Positions 39,304-50,666 are shown, counted from the first letter of the stretch. The stretch is 64,000 nucleotides of DNA from an uncultured Acidobacteriota bacterium (GCA_963809485.1 CAWEJX010000006.1:192001-256000), one strand, 5' to 3'. Notes: a model not told the origin generated them from the sequence alone. Made by a program: numbers and translations.

Positions 39304-41544
39304 TTGATGATGTTGAATGACGCAGTTAAGACGCTGCAATTACCGCGACTCATAAAACCTTCTTTTCTGGTTTTTATATTAGTCGTGCTTTACGAGCTGC
39401 CCGTCTTATTCGCTAAGGCTCAAGATCAGGCTGACTCGGTTGCCGTCTCAAGTTCGAGAATCACGCGTATCCGGTCGCACATTGCCCTTGACGGCCTGCT
39501 AACGGAGTCCGTTTGGGCGGATACCCAGCCGATCGACGAAATTCGCCAACGGGAGCCGCATCCCGGCCAGGAAGCGTCGGAGCGGACAGAAGTCAAGCTG
39601 CTATACGATGATCGGAACATCTATATCGGTGTGAGGTGCTTTGATTCTGAGCCCGGCCGCATCATCGCCACTCAGATGGCCCGGGATTCCGATTTGTCGG
39701 CGGACGACAAGATCGAAATCGTGATCGATCCATTTCACGACCACCGAAACGGATACTATTTTGCTACCAATCCTGCGGGCGCCCTGGTCGACGCGCTCAT
39801 CATTGAAAATGGGCAGATGATGAACCTGCAGTGGGATTCGATATGGAACGTTCATACCGCAAGGTTTGAACAGGGGTGGAGTGCTGAATTTGAGATTCCG
39901 TTCAAGACACTAAGTTTCAGAGCAGGGCAAAAGACGTGGGGTTTCAACTTCTCCCGTACGATAAAGAGGAAAATCGAGGAAGACCGCTGGTCTTCGCCCC
40001 GCCTGGATGTAAAGTTTCAACAGGTTTCCCTGGCAGGCAATGTTGAGGGCCTTTCCGAGGTCGGGCAGGGGATTGGGCTCGACCTCCGCCCCTTTGTGTC
40101 GGGAGATGCGATTCATTATGCAGATAGCAACTCAGACGCGCTGGTAGGCAAGCCGGGTGGAGACATCTTCTATAACATCACCCCAAGTCTCAAATGGTCG
40201 ACCACGATTAATACAGATTTTGGCGAAACCGAAGTGGACGACCGGCAGATCAATTTGACGCGGTTCCCGCTGTTTTTCCCGGAGAAACGGGCATTCTTTC
40301 TCGAAAATGCGGGAATCTTCAACTTTGGTGTTCCGAATCCGTTTTTTTCGGAACTCATGCCGTTTTTCAGTCGCAACATTGGAGTAGCCGGCAACCAGGA
40401 AGTCCCAATCACTGCTGGAACGAAACTGACCGGGAAGGCCGGCCGGTTTGACATTGGTGTGATGGACGTGCAGACGCGCGATGGCGGGGGAGTCGAGGGA
40501 AGGAATTTTCTGGTCACCCGTGTCAAACGCAATCTCTTCAGCCAGTCTTATGTGGGCGGAATCTTCACGAACGGCAATCCCACGAATCCAGCTTCATCTC
40601 AAACCTATGGGGCGGACCTGAATCTTGCAACGTCAAACTTTCTTGGGTCCAACCGGAATTTCCAGGTGACGACATACTTTTTAAAGACCGTCAATGAGGG
40701 AATCAAGAGAAAGGATCGCGCCTACGGATTTGCAGTCAGCTATCCCAACGACCTCTGGAATGGCACAATAGACTGGAGTCAAATCGAAGAGAACTTCCGG
40801 CCTGAATTGGGCTTTGTGATGCGTCCCAAAACACGGAAGCTGCGCATTGATGCCACATTCTCCCCGCGCCCCAAGAACTTTTTGAATATCCGGCAGATGT
40901 ATCACGAATTCCGGTTCAACCGCTATTTCCGGCTGGACTATGGAAAGACTGAAAGTTGGCAACTGCGCGTTGCTCCGGTCAACTATCTGTTCAACTCCGG
41001 TGACCGCGTCGAGATGAACTGTGCACCAACGTTTGAAAGGCTATTCGAAAAATTTGAGATAGCGAAGGGTGTCGTGCTTCCTGCGGGAGACTACCGCTTT
41101 GACCGATATCGACTGGAATTTGAAACGGCCTCCAAACGGCCATGGGAGGCGTTTGTGACGTGGTGGTTCTGAACCTATTATTCGGGCAATGCGGATCAAG
41201 TCTCGACCAGCTTCGGTTACAAAATCGCGCCGCATTTCCAGGCGACTGTTGGTTTGAACCAAACATTTGCCAGGCTTAAGGAGGGCAACTTCGTCGCGCG
41301 CATATATAGCGGTCGTGCCAATTATTCGTTTACTCCCTTTATTACGCTATACAACTTGATCCAGTTCGATAATGCGACGAGAAACCTCGGATGGCAGAGC
41401 CGGCTGCGCTGGACGCTCAAGGCTGGAAATGACATCTTTTTGGTATTCAACCAGGGATGGATACAGGACGAGGAGCAGGGCTTCCACTTTCGCATGACCG
41501 ACCGGAAGCTGTCGTTCAATATCCAATACACCTTCCGGCTTTAA
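39304..41544 (+). pseudogene. CBM9-like/DUF5916 outer membrane protein with an in-frame TGA at 41170
   Basis: LDGLLTESVW, WSAEFEIPFKTL, INTDFGETEVD..NLTRFPLFFPEKR; the frame continues past the TGA to YTFRL*. Confidence 0.85.
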
Positions 41545-41724
41545 ATCGCCAGTGCCCCGGTAAAAAGATGAGAGATGGCTAAAGACATAGCCGCCTCAAA
41601 GTATCGGATTTAGCTGGACTATTAGCGACGTTATTTTGGGGTACGAAAGACATCCCTGCAAAAAAGCTCAAAGCCGTCCGGTCCAACTGATGTTAGGCAG
41701 AAAACCGCAAATTCGGGCAATAGC

Positions 41725-42360
41725 GTGCAATGGCCTAGCTTCTCCGAAGCATGGCATTTCTGGCTGAAACATGGCTTCATCAGCTTCGGCGGACCGACCG
41801 GTCAAATTGCATTTATGCACGACGAGCTGGTGGAAAGGCGAAAATGGATTACAGAAATGCGCTTTCTGCACGCACTCAATTACTGCATGTTGCTGCCCGG
41901 CCCCGAGGCGCAACAACTCGCCACATATGTCGGCTGGTTGCTGCATAAAGCGCCGGGCGGTATCGTTGCAGGCGCACTGTTCGTGTTGCCATCTGCTTTT
42001 ATTTTGTGGAATTTGAGTTATGTGTATGTCGCATATGGAAAGATCAATGAAATTGATGCGATCTTCTATGGCCTCAAGCCGGCGGTGATGGCAATAGTCG
42101 CATTTGCGGTCGTATCGGCAAAAAAGCGCTGAAAAACAAAATAATGTGGGCACTAGCTTTGCTGGCGTTTGTCGCCATATTCTTTTTTAGGATTTCATTC
42201 GCGCTCATCATTCTTAGCCCGGGCTTGGTCGGACCCGCAGAAGGAATGGTGTGGCCGGAAAAGTTTTCGGCCGCCTCGAATCACGATACGAAAGGACGCG
42301 CGTCGCAGGCAGCGATCGGAGATGACGACGAGTTGCCTGCGAACACAAGACCCTCGCTCG
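41725..42360 (+). pseudogene. chrA: Chromate efflux transporter, frameshifted and truncated
   Basis: [24 protein letters not shown]; frameshift near 42110; second CHR domain missing. Confidence 0.85.
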
Positions 42361-43453
42361 CCCCGCTCCTGCCCCGATCTCCGGCCTTGCCCGATTCGGT
42401 TTTCGGCACCGCCGCCGGACAGCCTCTATGAAGCAGGGAAACGGAAACCTCCAGCTGGAGAACGACCATCGGGCGCAAAGCCTCGGTGGGCGCAAGCTCC
42501 CCGGAATATTTTTCTCCCGATGGGGGGGTTCTGCCGCTTCCTTTGCTGGACGCTTCCGCCGTCATGCAGGTGTTCCGCCGCCTGCTGCTTCTGCGCTTGC
42601 ACCAGGCCGAGCGCCTTTCCGAATCCTTTATGCACAACCTGTTGTCCTGGGTGCTTTCGGGATTTTCCGTTTATGCCGGTCCGCCTGTTCAAGCCGGTGC
42701 AATCGCCTCCCTGGAATCCCAGGCCCGATACATCACTCGCCCCGTATTAGCCATGGAGGGGCTTCAAAAGCTCGACGACGGCAGCCTGGTTATGGAAACA
42801 ACTCCCGATCCCCGGACAGGCGCGACTTCGATCGAGCTGGATCCGCTTGAATGGATTCATCGCATTGCCTCGCAAAAGATTTTATGGGGCCTATTCCAGC
42901 CGCGGCAGGATTTCAGCCCCTTCCTCAGATGGAGATAGCGCCAGCTTGGCGGGCGCCACGCTTTGCGAATCCGACGATTCGGATGCCGCCCGGCAAGCGC
43001 GCAGCACGTGGGCTCGGTTGATCAAGAAAATTTTCGAGGTGGATCCACTGCTGTGCAGTTGCGGCGGACGGATGCGCATCGTTTCCCTTATTACAGATCC
43101 GCGCGTGGTCGACCGCATCCTGCAACATAGGAAAGGCGGGCGCTGCAAAATTCCGGATCCGTTCGAGACGAGACCCCCTCCCGGCGCATCGGCCAAAATT
43201 CCGCAATAATTCGGAAGCGCCAGCAGAGGTCCGGTTGTCCAATCGGACGCCTGACCAGCCGGAGTGCGTCTGACCGTCGGCGCAACCGGGGCCATCATCG
43301 GCAACACATCCGGAAAATAGATCTGGCAGGGATTGGAGAGAAGCTCGATCAGCTGAATGCAGCCCTATTTCCCTTTCAATCCCTGCCAGGTCTGTTTTCC
43401 GCCGCACTTGATTTCTCCAGGTTTCCATGCCCCTGCAGGATAGAAATGCCTAT
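42360..43453 (+). mobile_element. Internally deleted IS91/ISCR-like element
   Basis: Fragments SGFSV, ARYITRP, DPLEWI, RFYGAYS, WARLIKKIFEVDPLLCSCGGRMRI; candidate ori end GAAATGCCTAT 43443-43453; left boundary approximate. Confidence 0.78.
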
Positions 43454-43637
43454 AAAGGATCTGGAACGGGAAAGGCTCCCCAACTGCGTCAACCCTGAGG
43501 TGTACGAGAGAAGATTCCGCTGAGCTCCGTCCGAGGCGGCCATTTGTCCTAATGGAATTGGAGAAGAATGGATTCTTTCCGGAACAACCGCCTTGACGGA
43601 AAGGAGGTCTTGAAAATGAGGCAGGTCCTCTGGATGC

Positions 43638-44135
43638 TCAAGACTCGTATTGCTTTAATGTGCGCAACCGCTCCCGGATGGCTTCCAGTTCTATTACAGA
43701 CTGGCGGTCTTTAGGGCTGTTCATTGCTTTCTTGGCGGTGATCAGCGTATCCAGATCCAGCACGCGACATAAGGCGCCCTCCAGGTCCACCTGGATGGTA
43801 TGCTGTTCCACCTCTGCATACCCGCCCACACCTGTTATCTCCGACAGAATATCCAGCTGGCCCAGGTCTGTGAGCAAATACAGATTTTTGAAACCCTCCA
43901 GCCGTTCCGGTTCTTCAGGCAGAGGACGGAGGTCTGGCGTTGTCCGGAAGCGCGGATGAGCACTCGCAAGAGCGGCCATCAATACTGAAAGATTCTCCCG
44001 TGTGAGCGGTGCGCAAATGTCCACATCTTGAGTGACCATTTGTGAGCCGTGAATCACGCACGCCATCCCGCCCACCAGGACGTATTGCGCCCCATGATCA
44101 GTGAGACGTTTCAGGAGGTCGAGGGTCGAAGCCAT
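43638..44135 (-). CDS. Nucleotidyltransferase family protein (DUF6036-like)
   Basis: YVLVGGMACVIHG..TQDVD, LITAKKA..PKD. Confidence 0.85.
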   Translation of the reverse strand: MASTLDLLKRLTDHGAQYVLVGGMACVIHGSQMVTQDVDICAPLTRENLSVLMAALASAHPRFRTTPDLRPLPEEPERLEGFKNLYLLTDLGQLDILSEITGVGGYAEVEQHTIQVDLEGALCRVLDLDTLITAKKAMNSPKDRQSVIELEAIRERLRTLKQYES

Positions 44136-44307
44136 AATATTGGATGCCCGCTTTGCGGGCTGCGAAAACCAGTGTGAGCGCCGCATCGTGCCTTTTCACG
44201 CGCTCCGCAGGGCTCAGCGTCAAAAGGTACTCGAGTTGATCGATGTCAAAGCCAAACGTTACTGCATCTTGATAGGCTCGCATCGGTCCCTCGGCTGGCC
44301 AACTCAT
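44098..44307 (-). CDS. Small partner protein of the nucleotidyltransferase (putative antitoxin-like)
   Basis: GFDIDQLEYLLTLSPAERV motif; overlaps the NTase start. Confidence 0.6.
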   Translation of the reverse strand: MSWPAEGPMRAYQDAVTFGFDIDQLEYLLTLSPAERVKRHDAALTLVFAARKAGIQYYGFDPRPPETSH

Positions 44308-44451
44308 CGGTTTTGAACAAAACATTGAGAACTCCGATTTTGCGCTTCCAGTATGACATTTTAGTCCATTTGCATCTCCATTTTAAATGCATCGGGCAGG
44401 AAAAAGGAGGCGAAGGGACTGAGAGAAAACGCCCCAAACCGCTGGTTCTAT

Positions 44452-44474
44452 TGGTGGGAGTGACAAGGAATCGA
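44452..44474 (-). other. Degenerate tRNA 3'-end-like sequence (possible att scar)
   Basis: Minus strand TCGATTCCTTGTCACTCCCACCA; one base longer than canonical spacing; no 5' half. Confidence 0.35.
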
Positions 44475-44794
44475 TTTCACGTCTTCTTGTATCCAGCGCT
44501 GAATATATCGCTGTTCCATCTTCTTTCCTCGCTTGACTATTGGACACAAGTGTAAAAAATGGCCAAGGCAATTTTTTCATACGGAATAATATAGCCATCT
44601 CCCGTAAAATCCCGAAATCTCGCTGCTGATTGCTACGGCGCAAGAAGGGATACTATACTCAAAAAGATGTAAAAAAGAGGGTAAAACCCAATCGTGTCAG
44701 AATAGGATTTCCTTCCCTTCTCTTTGGACTATGGGAGAGTGACTATGGAGTGCGACAAGGTAATAGTTGATGAATTGGTGATGGCGCTCATGTG

Positions 44795-45021
44795 GTTGGC
44801 CGTCTCCTCGAAAGACATGAAAACGCCCGGCTCGCCAAATTGAGGGATGCCCCGGACGATGAATTCCATCGCGAACAGGGTCTTGCCACAGCCGGCTACG
44901 CCGCACACAAGGGTTGGCCGCCCGCGCGGCAGCCCGCTATTGGTGATCTCGTCCAATCAATGCCCGTCAGACACTTTGCCAATCCCTTGCCAACACTTAT
45001 CGGACGCAAAGATTTGGCCAT
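44795..45021 (-). pseudogene. kaiC: KaiC N-terminal fragment
   Basis: KCLTGID, frameshift, then LDEITNSGLPRGRPTLVCGVAGCGKT..EPGVFMSFEE, then similarity is lost. Confidence 0.8.
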
Positions 45022-45372
45022 AAAAGAATGCTCCGCGAGTTTTGGGAAAAGCTTAAACAAAACTGGCCCAATCTACATCTCCAACCCCACTCGAAACAAG
45101 CAAGTTAAATATCCTTAAAGTCTTTGATCCTTTGAGTCTTGGAGTCTTTGAGTTAAATTTATGGCACAGACGGATAAACAGTTCATCCGCGGACATAAGA
45201 ACCGAAGCAACGGGCGCCTGTGAGATGATTAAGAAAATGCCACGCAGAAAGAAACACTGCTAATACTGGCTGTTTGGAGTTGGTGGTCCAGTGCCTTTTT
45301 GCTTGCATTTAGTCGAAAGGGGAGTCGCAGAGAGAGCTTTCTTCGGCAGTGCAAGTAATTGGAGGAAACGCC

Positions 45373-46458
45373 ATGATTCAAAAGTTTGGTTTGTCGCGGC
45401 GGCAATTCACGGAGATAAGTGTTCTTGGCCTATTTGGCCTGACAACGCAGATGATGAAACCGGGGGCAGTATTTCCTGTTAGCCATGAAAATCTTCTCCA
45501 AAGCAAGAGGTCCATCATGAATAAGGGCTGGGAATATAATCATTCGGGCGTTTTTACCAAGGATTTCAAGGGAACAATCCAGTATTACAGGGATTTGGGT
45601 ATAGCTGCCGATTTACCTCCGGCCGAATCCACCTGGAATCCGAAAGACAAAGCTGAGACAATCGAGTTCGATGTTGTCCCTGTGTTTAACATTCCTAAAG
45701 GGGAACCTTTCCTTCAGCTTCTATATATTGGCGATTTCGAGATGGAGGTACTCCATGCGGAAACGTCCATTCCTCGCGGTGAAATGTTGGCCTACCGCGA
45801 AGGCTGCAACCACATCTGCATCAGCGTTCCGGATATCGATGCCGAGACCGAAAAACTGGTTCAAAAGGGAATGCGCATTATCCAGGACTTCCATCTGAAC
45901 GGCAATCGCCTCGAGGATTATCTGGATACCCGCGAACCCGGCCATATCCTTCTATCATTCAGGTCTCCGATGACCGATGAGATGAAAAAGAGGAAAGCCA
46001 CCGCCGGAATAGTTCCGTGGAAATTCATCGGTCACACAGCGATAGTCAAAGACCTGGATAGGACCGTCAGATTTTATGAGTATCTGGAGATCGCCGACTT
46101 TCTGCCTGAGAAACAATTTGATACCAGGAAAATGTCCAACGTTCAGATATACGGCAAACCAGCCAAGGCCGAGGTACAGGCCAGGACAAGAAAGTGCCAG
46201 GTAGGAGACAGGCTGATCCTGGAGCTGGTTGAGCCGGGTAAAGCCGACTTCATCTACAGAGAAACCCTGTACCGCAGGGGTGAAGGCATCATGGATATCA
46301 TGTTCTCTGTCAAAGACCTGAAGCAGGAAACGGCCAGGATGGCCGAAAAGGGAGTCCCTAAGGTTTTCTGCGGACAGCCACAGGACAGCGGCGCGTTCGC
46401 GCTATTCGATACCCGGGAAAAGGGCGGCGATGTCCTTATCAAACTTATCGAGGAATAA
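45373..46458 (+). CDS. Tandem VOC domain protein with twin-arginine-like signal
   Basis: SRRQF plus hydrophobic stretch; NHSG/EGCNHICI and GHTA/GEGIMDI repeats; YLDTRE/FDTRE. Confidence 0.75.
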   Translation: MIQKFGLSRRQFTEISVLGLFGLTTQMMKPGAVFPVSHENLLQSKRSIMNKGWEYNHSGVFTKDFKGTIQYYRDLGIAADLPPAESTWNPKDKAETIEFDVVPVFNIPKGEPFLQLLYIGDFEMEVLHAETSIPRGEMLAYREGCNHICISVPDIDAETEKLVQKGMRIIQDFHLNGNRLEDYLDTREPGHILLSFRSPMTDEMKKRKATAGIVPWKFIGHTAIVKDLDRTVRFYEYLEIADFLPEKQFDTRKMSNVQIYGKPAKAEVQARTRKCQVGDRLILELVEPGKADFIYRETLYRRGEGIMDIMFSVKDLKQETARMAEKGVPKVFCGQPQDSGAFALFDTREKGGDVLIKLIEE

Positions 46459-46710
46459 TGTATTAGAGGGAAAGCTGCCGACACCATAATCCCGACAACA
46501 TAGCCCCTTTCCGCCTCGTAAGCAGGCGTTCGGGCCTCGCTCTTCCCGAATGCCGGAATGATAAATTCCCATTCCAGTTTCTCCGCTTGCCCCTCTATTT
46601 CTGTCCCCCTGTTTCCTGTGCTAGAATCACATCCATATAGGAAGGAATGGCCCTTTCTTTCAATAGGTGTTGCCGTGTATTGTCCGGCGGACTCCAAGGG
46701 AGGAGTGTTT

Positions 46711-47343
46711 ATGCCAGAAGATCCCGAAAAGAAAACGCCTGAATCCCATGAAGGGATAAGCCGCAGAGGCTTCCTGAGTTCCGTGAGCGCAGGAGCCGTG
46801 GTCGCTGTCTCCCTCAAGAACGCCCCGGATCTTCCCGCGCAGGAAATCGAGGCGGGCGACAAGGCTGTTACTATCCATCTTATCGTTAACGGATCAACAC
46901 GAAAGATACTGGTTGAGCCTCGCTGGACGCTGCTTTACGTGCTGCGCGAGGTCCTCGGGCTCACGGGCTCCAAGATCGGCTGCGAACGCGGCGAGTGCGG
47001 CGCGTGCACCGTCCTGATCGACGGGAAGCCGCGTTACTCCTGCATGACCCTCGCGGTCGAAGCCGAAGGCCATGAGATCACGACGATTGAAGGCCTTCTC
47101 GACGGCGACAAGCTCGGCCCCGTTCAGCAGGCTTTCGCCGAAGAAGATGCCTTCCAGTGCGGATTCTGCACTCCGGGCCAGATCATGGCCGTAGAAGGCA
47201 TGTTGCGCAGCAATCCCAATCCCACTCTTGACCAGATCCGAATCAGTGTCAGCGGGAACCTCTGCCGTTGCGGCAGCTACAAGAACATTTTCAAAGCCGC
47301 AGCCAAAGCAGCCGAACTGCGCAGGCAAAAGGGAGGTGCATAA
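46711..47343 (+). CDS. Mo-oxidoreductase 2Fe-2S subunit with Tat signal (PaoA/YagT-like)
   Basis: SRRGFL; GCERGECGAC, QCGFCTPG, NLCRC. Confidence 0.92.
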   Translation: MPEDPEKKTPESHEGISRRGFLSSVSAGAVVAVSLKNAPDLPAQEIEAGDKAVTIHLIVNGSTRKILVEPRWTLLYVLREVLGLTGSKIGCERGECGACTVLIDGKPRYSCMTLAVEAEGHEITTIEGLLDGDKLGPVQQAFAEEDAFQCGFCTPGQIMAVEGMLRSNPNPTLDQIRISVSGNLCRCGSYKNIFKAAAKAAELRRQKGGA

Positions 47344-49649
47344 TGACCGAATTCTACGAAAGGCTGGAGGAATCATTCCGCGAGAGCTTTCAGGCTCAGG
47401 CACCAACCGATAAAAAGATGCCGGCCTGGACGGAGACACGCGTGGTCGGCAAGGGGAATCCGCGCGTGGACGCATTCGAGCGTTGCTCGGGAAAGGCGGA
47501 GTACACCTATGACGTCATCCTGCCCGAAATGGTTTACGGCGCGATTCTGCACTGCCCTCATGCTCATGCCCTCGTGAAAAATGTCGACACGAGCGCAGCC
47601 GAGAAAATGCCCGGTGTGGTAAGCGTTTTGACCGGGAAGTCCCCTGGCGCGGATATCGGCTGGTATGGTTTCGGCACTCCTCAAAGCAAGCTTTTTGATC
47701 CGCATTGCCGCTACGAAGGAGACGAAGTTGCCGCGGTTGCGGCCCAGACGCCTTACCAGGCGTGGGATGCGCTCAAGGCCATTAAAGTTGAATACGAAGT
47801 GCTTCCTTTCGTCATAGACCAGGACGATGCCCAAAAACCGGATGCTCCCAAGCTCTATGAAAGCGGCAACTCCACGGGCAAACCAATGCCGACAAAGAGG
47901 GGTGATGTGGAGAAAGGGTTTGCAGAGGCGGATGTCGTTCTGGAAGAAACCTTCTGCACCAGCGTTCAAATGCACGCAATGCTGGAAGCGCATGGTTCGG
48001 TTGTGAAATGGGACGGCAACAAGATAACCATCTGGGATTCAACTCAAGGCGTCTACGATGCCTGCATGATGCCGTTTGCACGGGCGATGAACCTCCCCTA
48101 CAACAACGTAAGAGCGATTTGCCGTTACATGGGCGGTGGCTTCGGATCAAAGCTGGAACTGAATAAGCTAACCGTTATTGCAGCCTTGCTGGCACGCAAA
48201 GCCGCGCGTCCCGTAAAGCTGATGCTTTCGAGAGAAGAGACCATGCTGTGCGTGGGCAACAGGCCCAACGCACGGATGACTCTCAAGGCGGGCGTCAAGA
48301 AAGACGGGACGTTGACGGCTCTTCAGCTCAACAACGTTTACACCCCTGGCGCCTATTCGGGAATGGCCTCGGTCGGATTCCTGGTACAGGAACTCTACAA
48401 GTGCCCCAACATTCTGGTGATCGAAACCGGATACTATACCAATGTGGGCCGGGCCAGGGCGTTCAGGGCTCCGGGATTTCCAACCGGCGCATGGTCGCTC
48501 GAGCAGATGATGGACATGCTTGCCGAGAAGATCAACATGGATCCGGTGGAGTTCCGCCTGAAAAATTTCACCGATATCAGTCAGTCGAGGAAAATGCCTT
48601 ACACCAGCGCGGGTTTGAAGGAATGCCTGATCGAGGGCGCCAAAAAGTTCGGCTGGAAGGAAGCCCGGGCGCTTCCCAAAAGCGAGGGACACATTAAACG
48701 GGGGTTCGGCATGGCGGCCGGCCTCTGGATGATGGGTTCCGGCGGCCCGCCTTATACCGCCGAGGTGCGGATGTTCGCGGACGGAGGCGTCACCCTAAAG
48801 ACCGGCGCGATGGACCTGGGCACAGGCACCAAAACGGTTGCCTGCATGGTCGCTGCTGAGGAGCTTGGCGTGCCCCTGGAAAATGTCCGGATTATCAATG
48901 CGGATACGGCGACAACGCCCTATGCCAGCAGCAGCGGGGGCAGCATGACGCTGCCGAGTCTGGTCCCCGCCGTGCGCAGCGGCGCGTGGATCGTCAAACG
49001 GCAGGTCCTCGATTGGGCAGCAGAATCGCTGGGTGTCCCGGCAGCGGACCTTGAGTTCCAAAAAGACTCGGTTGTGAGCCGTAGCGATCCCTCCAAGAAA
49101 AAGACACTGGACGCGCTGTTCCGTTCCAAGGGAGTCATGGATGTCATCGGGATAGGCAACCGGGAGCCCAATCCCGCCAATAAGACTATCATGCCTTTCG
49201 GAGCTCATTTTATCGAGATTGAGGTCAATACCAAAACCGGCGACGTCAAAGTTGTGCGTATGGTGGCGGCCAATGAAAGCGGCCGGGTAATCAACAGCAG
49301 GACATTCGAAAACCTGGTTTTCGGCGGTATGACCCAGGGACTGGGATATGCCCTGACCGAGAAGCGGGTCGTGGACCCGAAGACCGGGAAGATGTGCAAT
49401 CCGAATCTGCATGACTACAAAGTTCCCGGTGCTTTGGATGTACCCGTCAACCACGAAGTTGTGCCCGTCGACCTCAAGGATAACGAGTGCAACAATGTCG
49501 GCTGCAAGGGGCTGGGCGAACCGGCCCATGTGCCCACTGCCGCCGCCATCGCCAATGCGATTTACGACGCCATCGGCGCGCGGCCGAAAGACGGCCCGGT
49601 CGACAACCGGATGATCCTGGAACTTCTCAGCAGCAAGAAAAGGGGATGA
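47343..49649 (+). CDS. Mo-oxidoreductase molybdopterin-binding subunit (PaoC/YagR-like)
   Basis: GGGFGSK, FRAPG, GTGT, SSGGS, KGLGE. Confidence 0.93.
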   Translation: MTEFYERLEESFRESFQAQAPTDKKMPAWTETRVVGKGNPRVDAFERCSGKAEYTYDVILPEMVYGAILHCPHAHALVKNVDTSAAEKMPGVVSVLTGKSPGADIGWYGFGTPQSKLFDPHCRYEGDEVAAVAAQTPYQAWDALKAIKVEYEVLPFVIDQDDAQKPDAPKLYESGNSTGKPMPTKRGDVEKGFAEADVVLEETFCTSVQMHAMLEAHGSVVKWDGNKITIWDSTQGVYDACMMPFARAMNLPYNNVRAICRYMGGGFGSKLELNKLTVIAALLARKAARPVKLMLSREETMLCVGNRPNARMTLKAGVKKDGTLTALQLNNVYTPGAYSGMASVGFLVQELYKCPNILVIETGYYTNVGRARAFRAPGFPTGAWSLEQMMDMLAEKINMDPVEFRLKNFTDISQSRKMPYTSAGLKECLIEGAKKFGWKEARALPKSEGHIKRGFGMAAGLWMMGSGGPPYTAEVRMFADGGVTLKTGAMDLGTGTKTVACMVAAEELGVPLENVRIINADTATTPYASSSGGSMTLPSLVPAVRSGAWIVKRQVLDWAAESLGVPAADLEFQKDSVVSRSDPSKKKTLDALFRSKGVMDVIGIGNREPNPANKTIMPFGAHFIEIEVNTKTGDVKVVRMVAANESGRVINSRTFENLVFGGMTQGLGYALTEKRVVDPKTGKMCNPNLHDYKVPGALDVPVNHEVVPVDLKDNECNNVGCKGLGEPAHVPTAAAIANAIYDAIGARPKDGPVDNRMILELLSSKKRG

Positions 49650-49652
49650 GCC

Positions 49653-50624
49653 ATGATGAATAACTTCAGTTACATTAAGGCCGGCTCACTGGCGGAGGCA
49701 ATCAAAGCCCTGGGCGCCAGAGGCGCCAGGCTGCACGCGGGCGGCACCGATCTTCTCGGATGCGCGCGCGATGAAGTCTTCCAGGTTGATAAAGTCGTCA
49801 GTATGAGCGGCCTCAAGGAGTTGAAGGGGATAACGGCAAGGCCCGATGGCGGCGTGAGAATCGGGGCGCTCACAACGCTGGCGGATGTCGCTGCAAGCGC
49901 ATCCCTGGCGGAAAAATATATGGTGCTGTCGCAGGCCGCGTCGGCTGTCGGCACGCCCCAGATCCGGCAGCAGGGCACCCTGGGAGGCAATCTCTGCCAG
50001 AAGCCGCGCTGCTGGTATTTCCGCAGCGACCTTCAGTGCCGCAAGAAGGGCGGCACCACCTGTTACGCGATGGCCGGGGAGAATCAATATCACGCCATTT
50101 TCGGCGGCGGGCCCTGTTTCTTCGTGCACCCGTCGGATGTGGCCGTGGCCCTGGTTGCGCTGGAAGCCCAGCTCAGGATTGCCGGGCCGTCGGGAAGCCG
50201 TACGGCCAGGATCGACAGCTTCTTTGTAAGCCCGGGCAAATTCATCGATAAGGAGAACGTCCTCGTTCCCGGCGAAATTGTGACCGATATACAGATTCCG
50301 CCAACTGCAGGAAAAATAAAGAGTTCTTACCGCAAAATTGCGTCCCGCGGGTCCTGGGACTTTGCCTTGGCAAGTGTTGCAGCGGTGCTGCAGGTGGGAA
50401 ACGATACCGTACGCAGCGCCCGCATAGTCCTGGGCGGCGTCGCCCCGTTTCCGTGGCGCGTGCAGGCAGCCGAAAAACTTCTGGCCGGAAAAAAGCTGGA
50501 TGGTTCCGCGGCTGCCGCAGCCGCTGATGCTACCATTGCCGGGGCCAGGCCTCTGAAGGGCAACGCCTATAAGGTGGAGATGGTTAGAGGCGCAGTGGAG
50601 GAAACGCTTACCGCCCTAATGTAA
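49653..50624 (+). CDS. Mo-oxidoreductase FAD subunit with 4Fe-4S insert (PaoB/YagS-like)
   Basis: AGGTDL, TLGGNLCQKPRCWYFR..C..C..C..HPSD, NAYKV. Confidence 0.92.
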   Translation: MMNNFSYIKAGSLAEAIKALGARGARLHAGGTDLLGCARDEVFQVDKVVSMSGLKELKGITARPDGGVRIGALTTLADVAASASLAEKYMVLSQAASAVGTPQIRQQGTLGGNLCQKPRCWYFRSDLQCRKKGGTTCYAMAGENQYHAIFGGGPCFFVHPSDVAVALVALEAQLRIAGPSGSRTARIDSFFVSPGKFIDKENVLVPGEIVTDIQIPPTAGKIKSSYRKIASRGSWDFALASVAAVLQVGNDTVRSARIVLGGVAPFPWRVQAAEKLLAGKKLDGSAAAAAADATIAGARPLKGNAYKVEMVRGAVEETLTALM

Positions 50625-50666
50625 CCACAGCTTAAGTTCAGGGGCCGGCAAAATCCGGCCGTACCT

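Noticed and set aside
41170-41172. TGA read as Gly/Trp (alternative code) or selenocysteine
   Set aside because: TGA terminates many intact genes in this window, and the site is not in a Cys-type redox motif; a nonsense change or base error is simpler
44452-44474. tRNA gene
   Set aside because: No D arm, anticodon arm or 5' acceptor strand
44729-45021. Functional kai clock locus
   Set aside because: Frameshifted fragment of about 75 codons, no kaiB, no second ATPase domain
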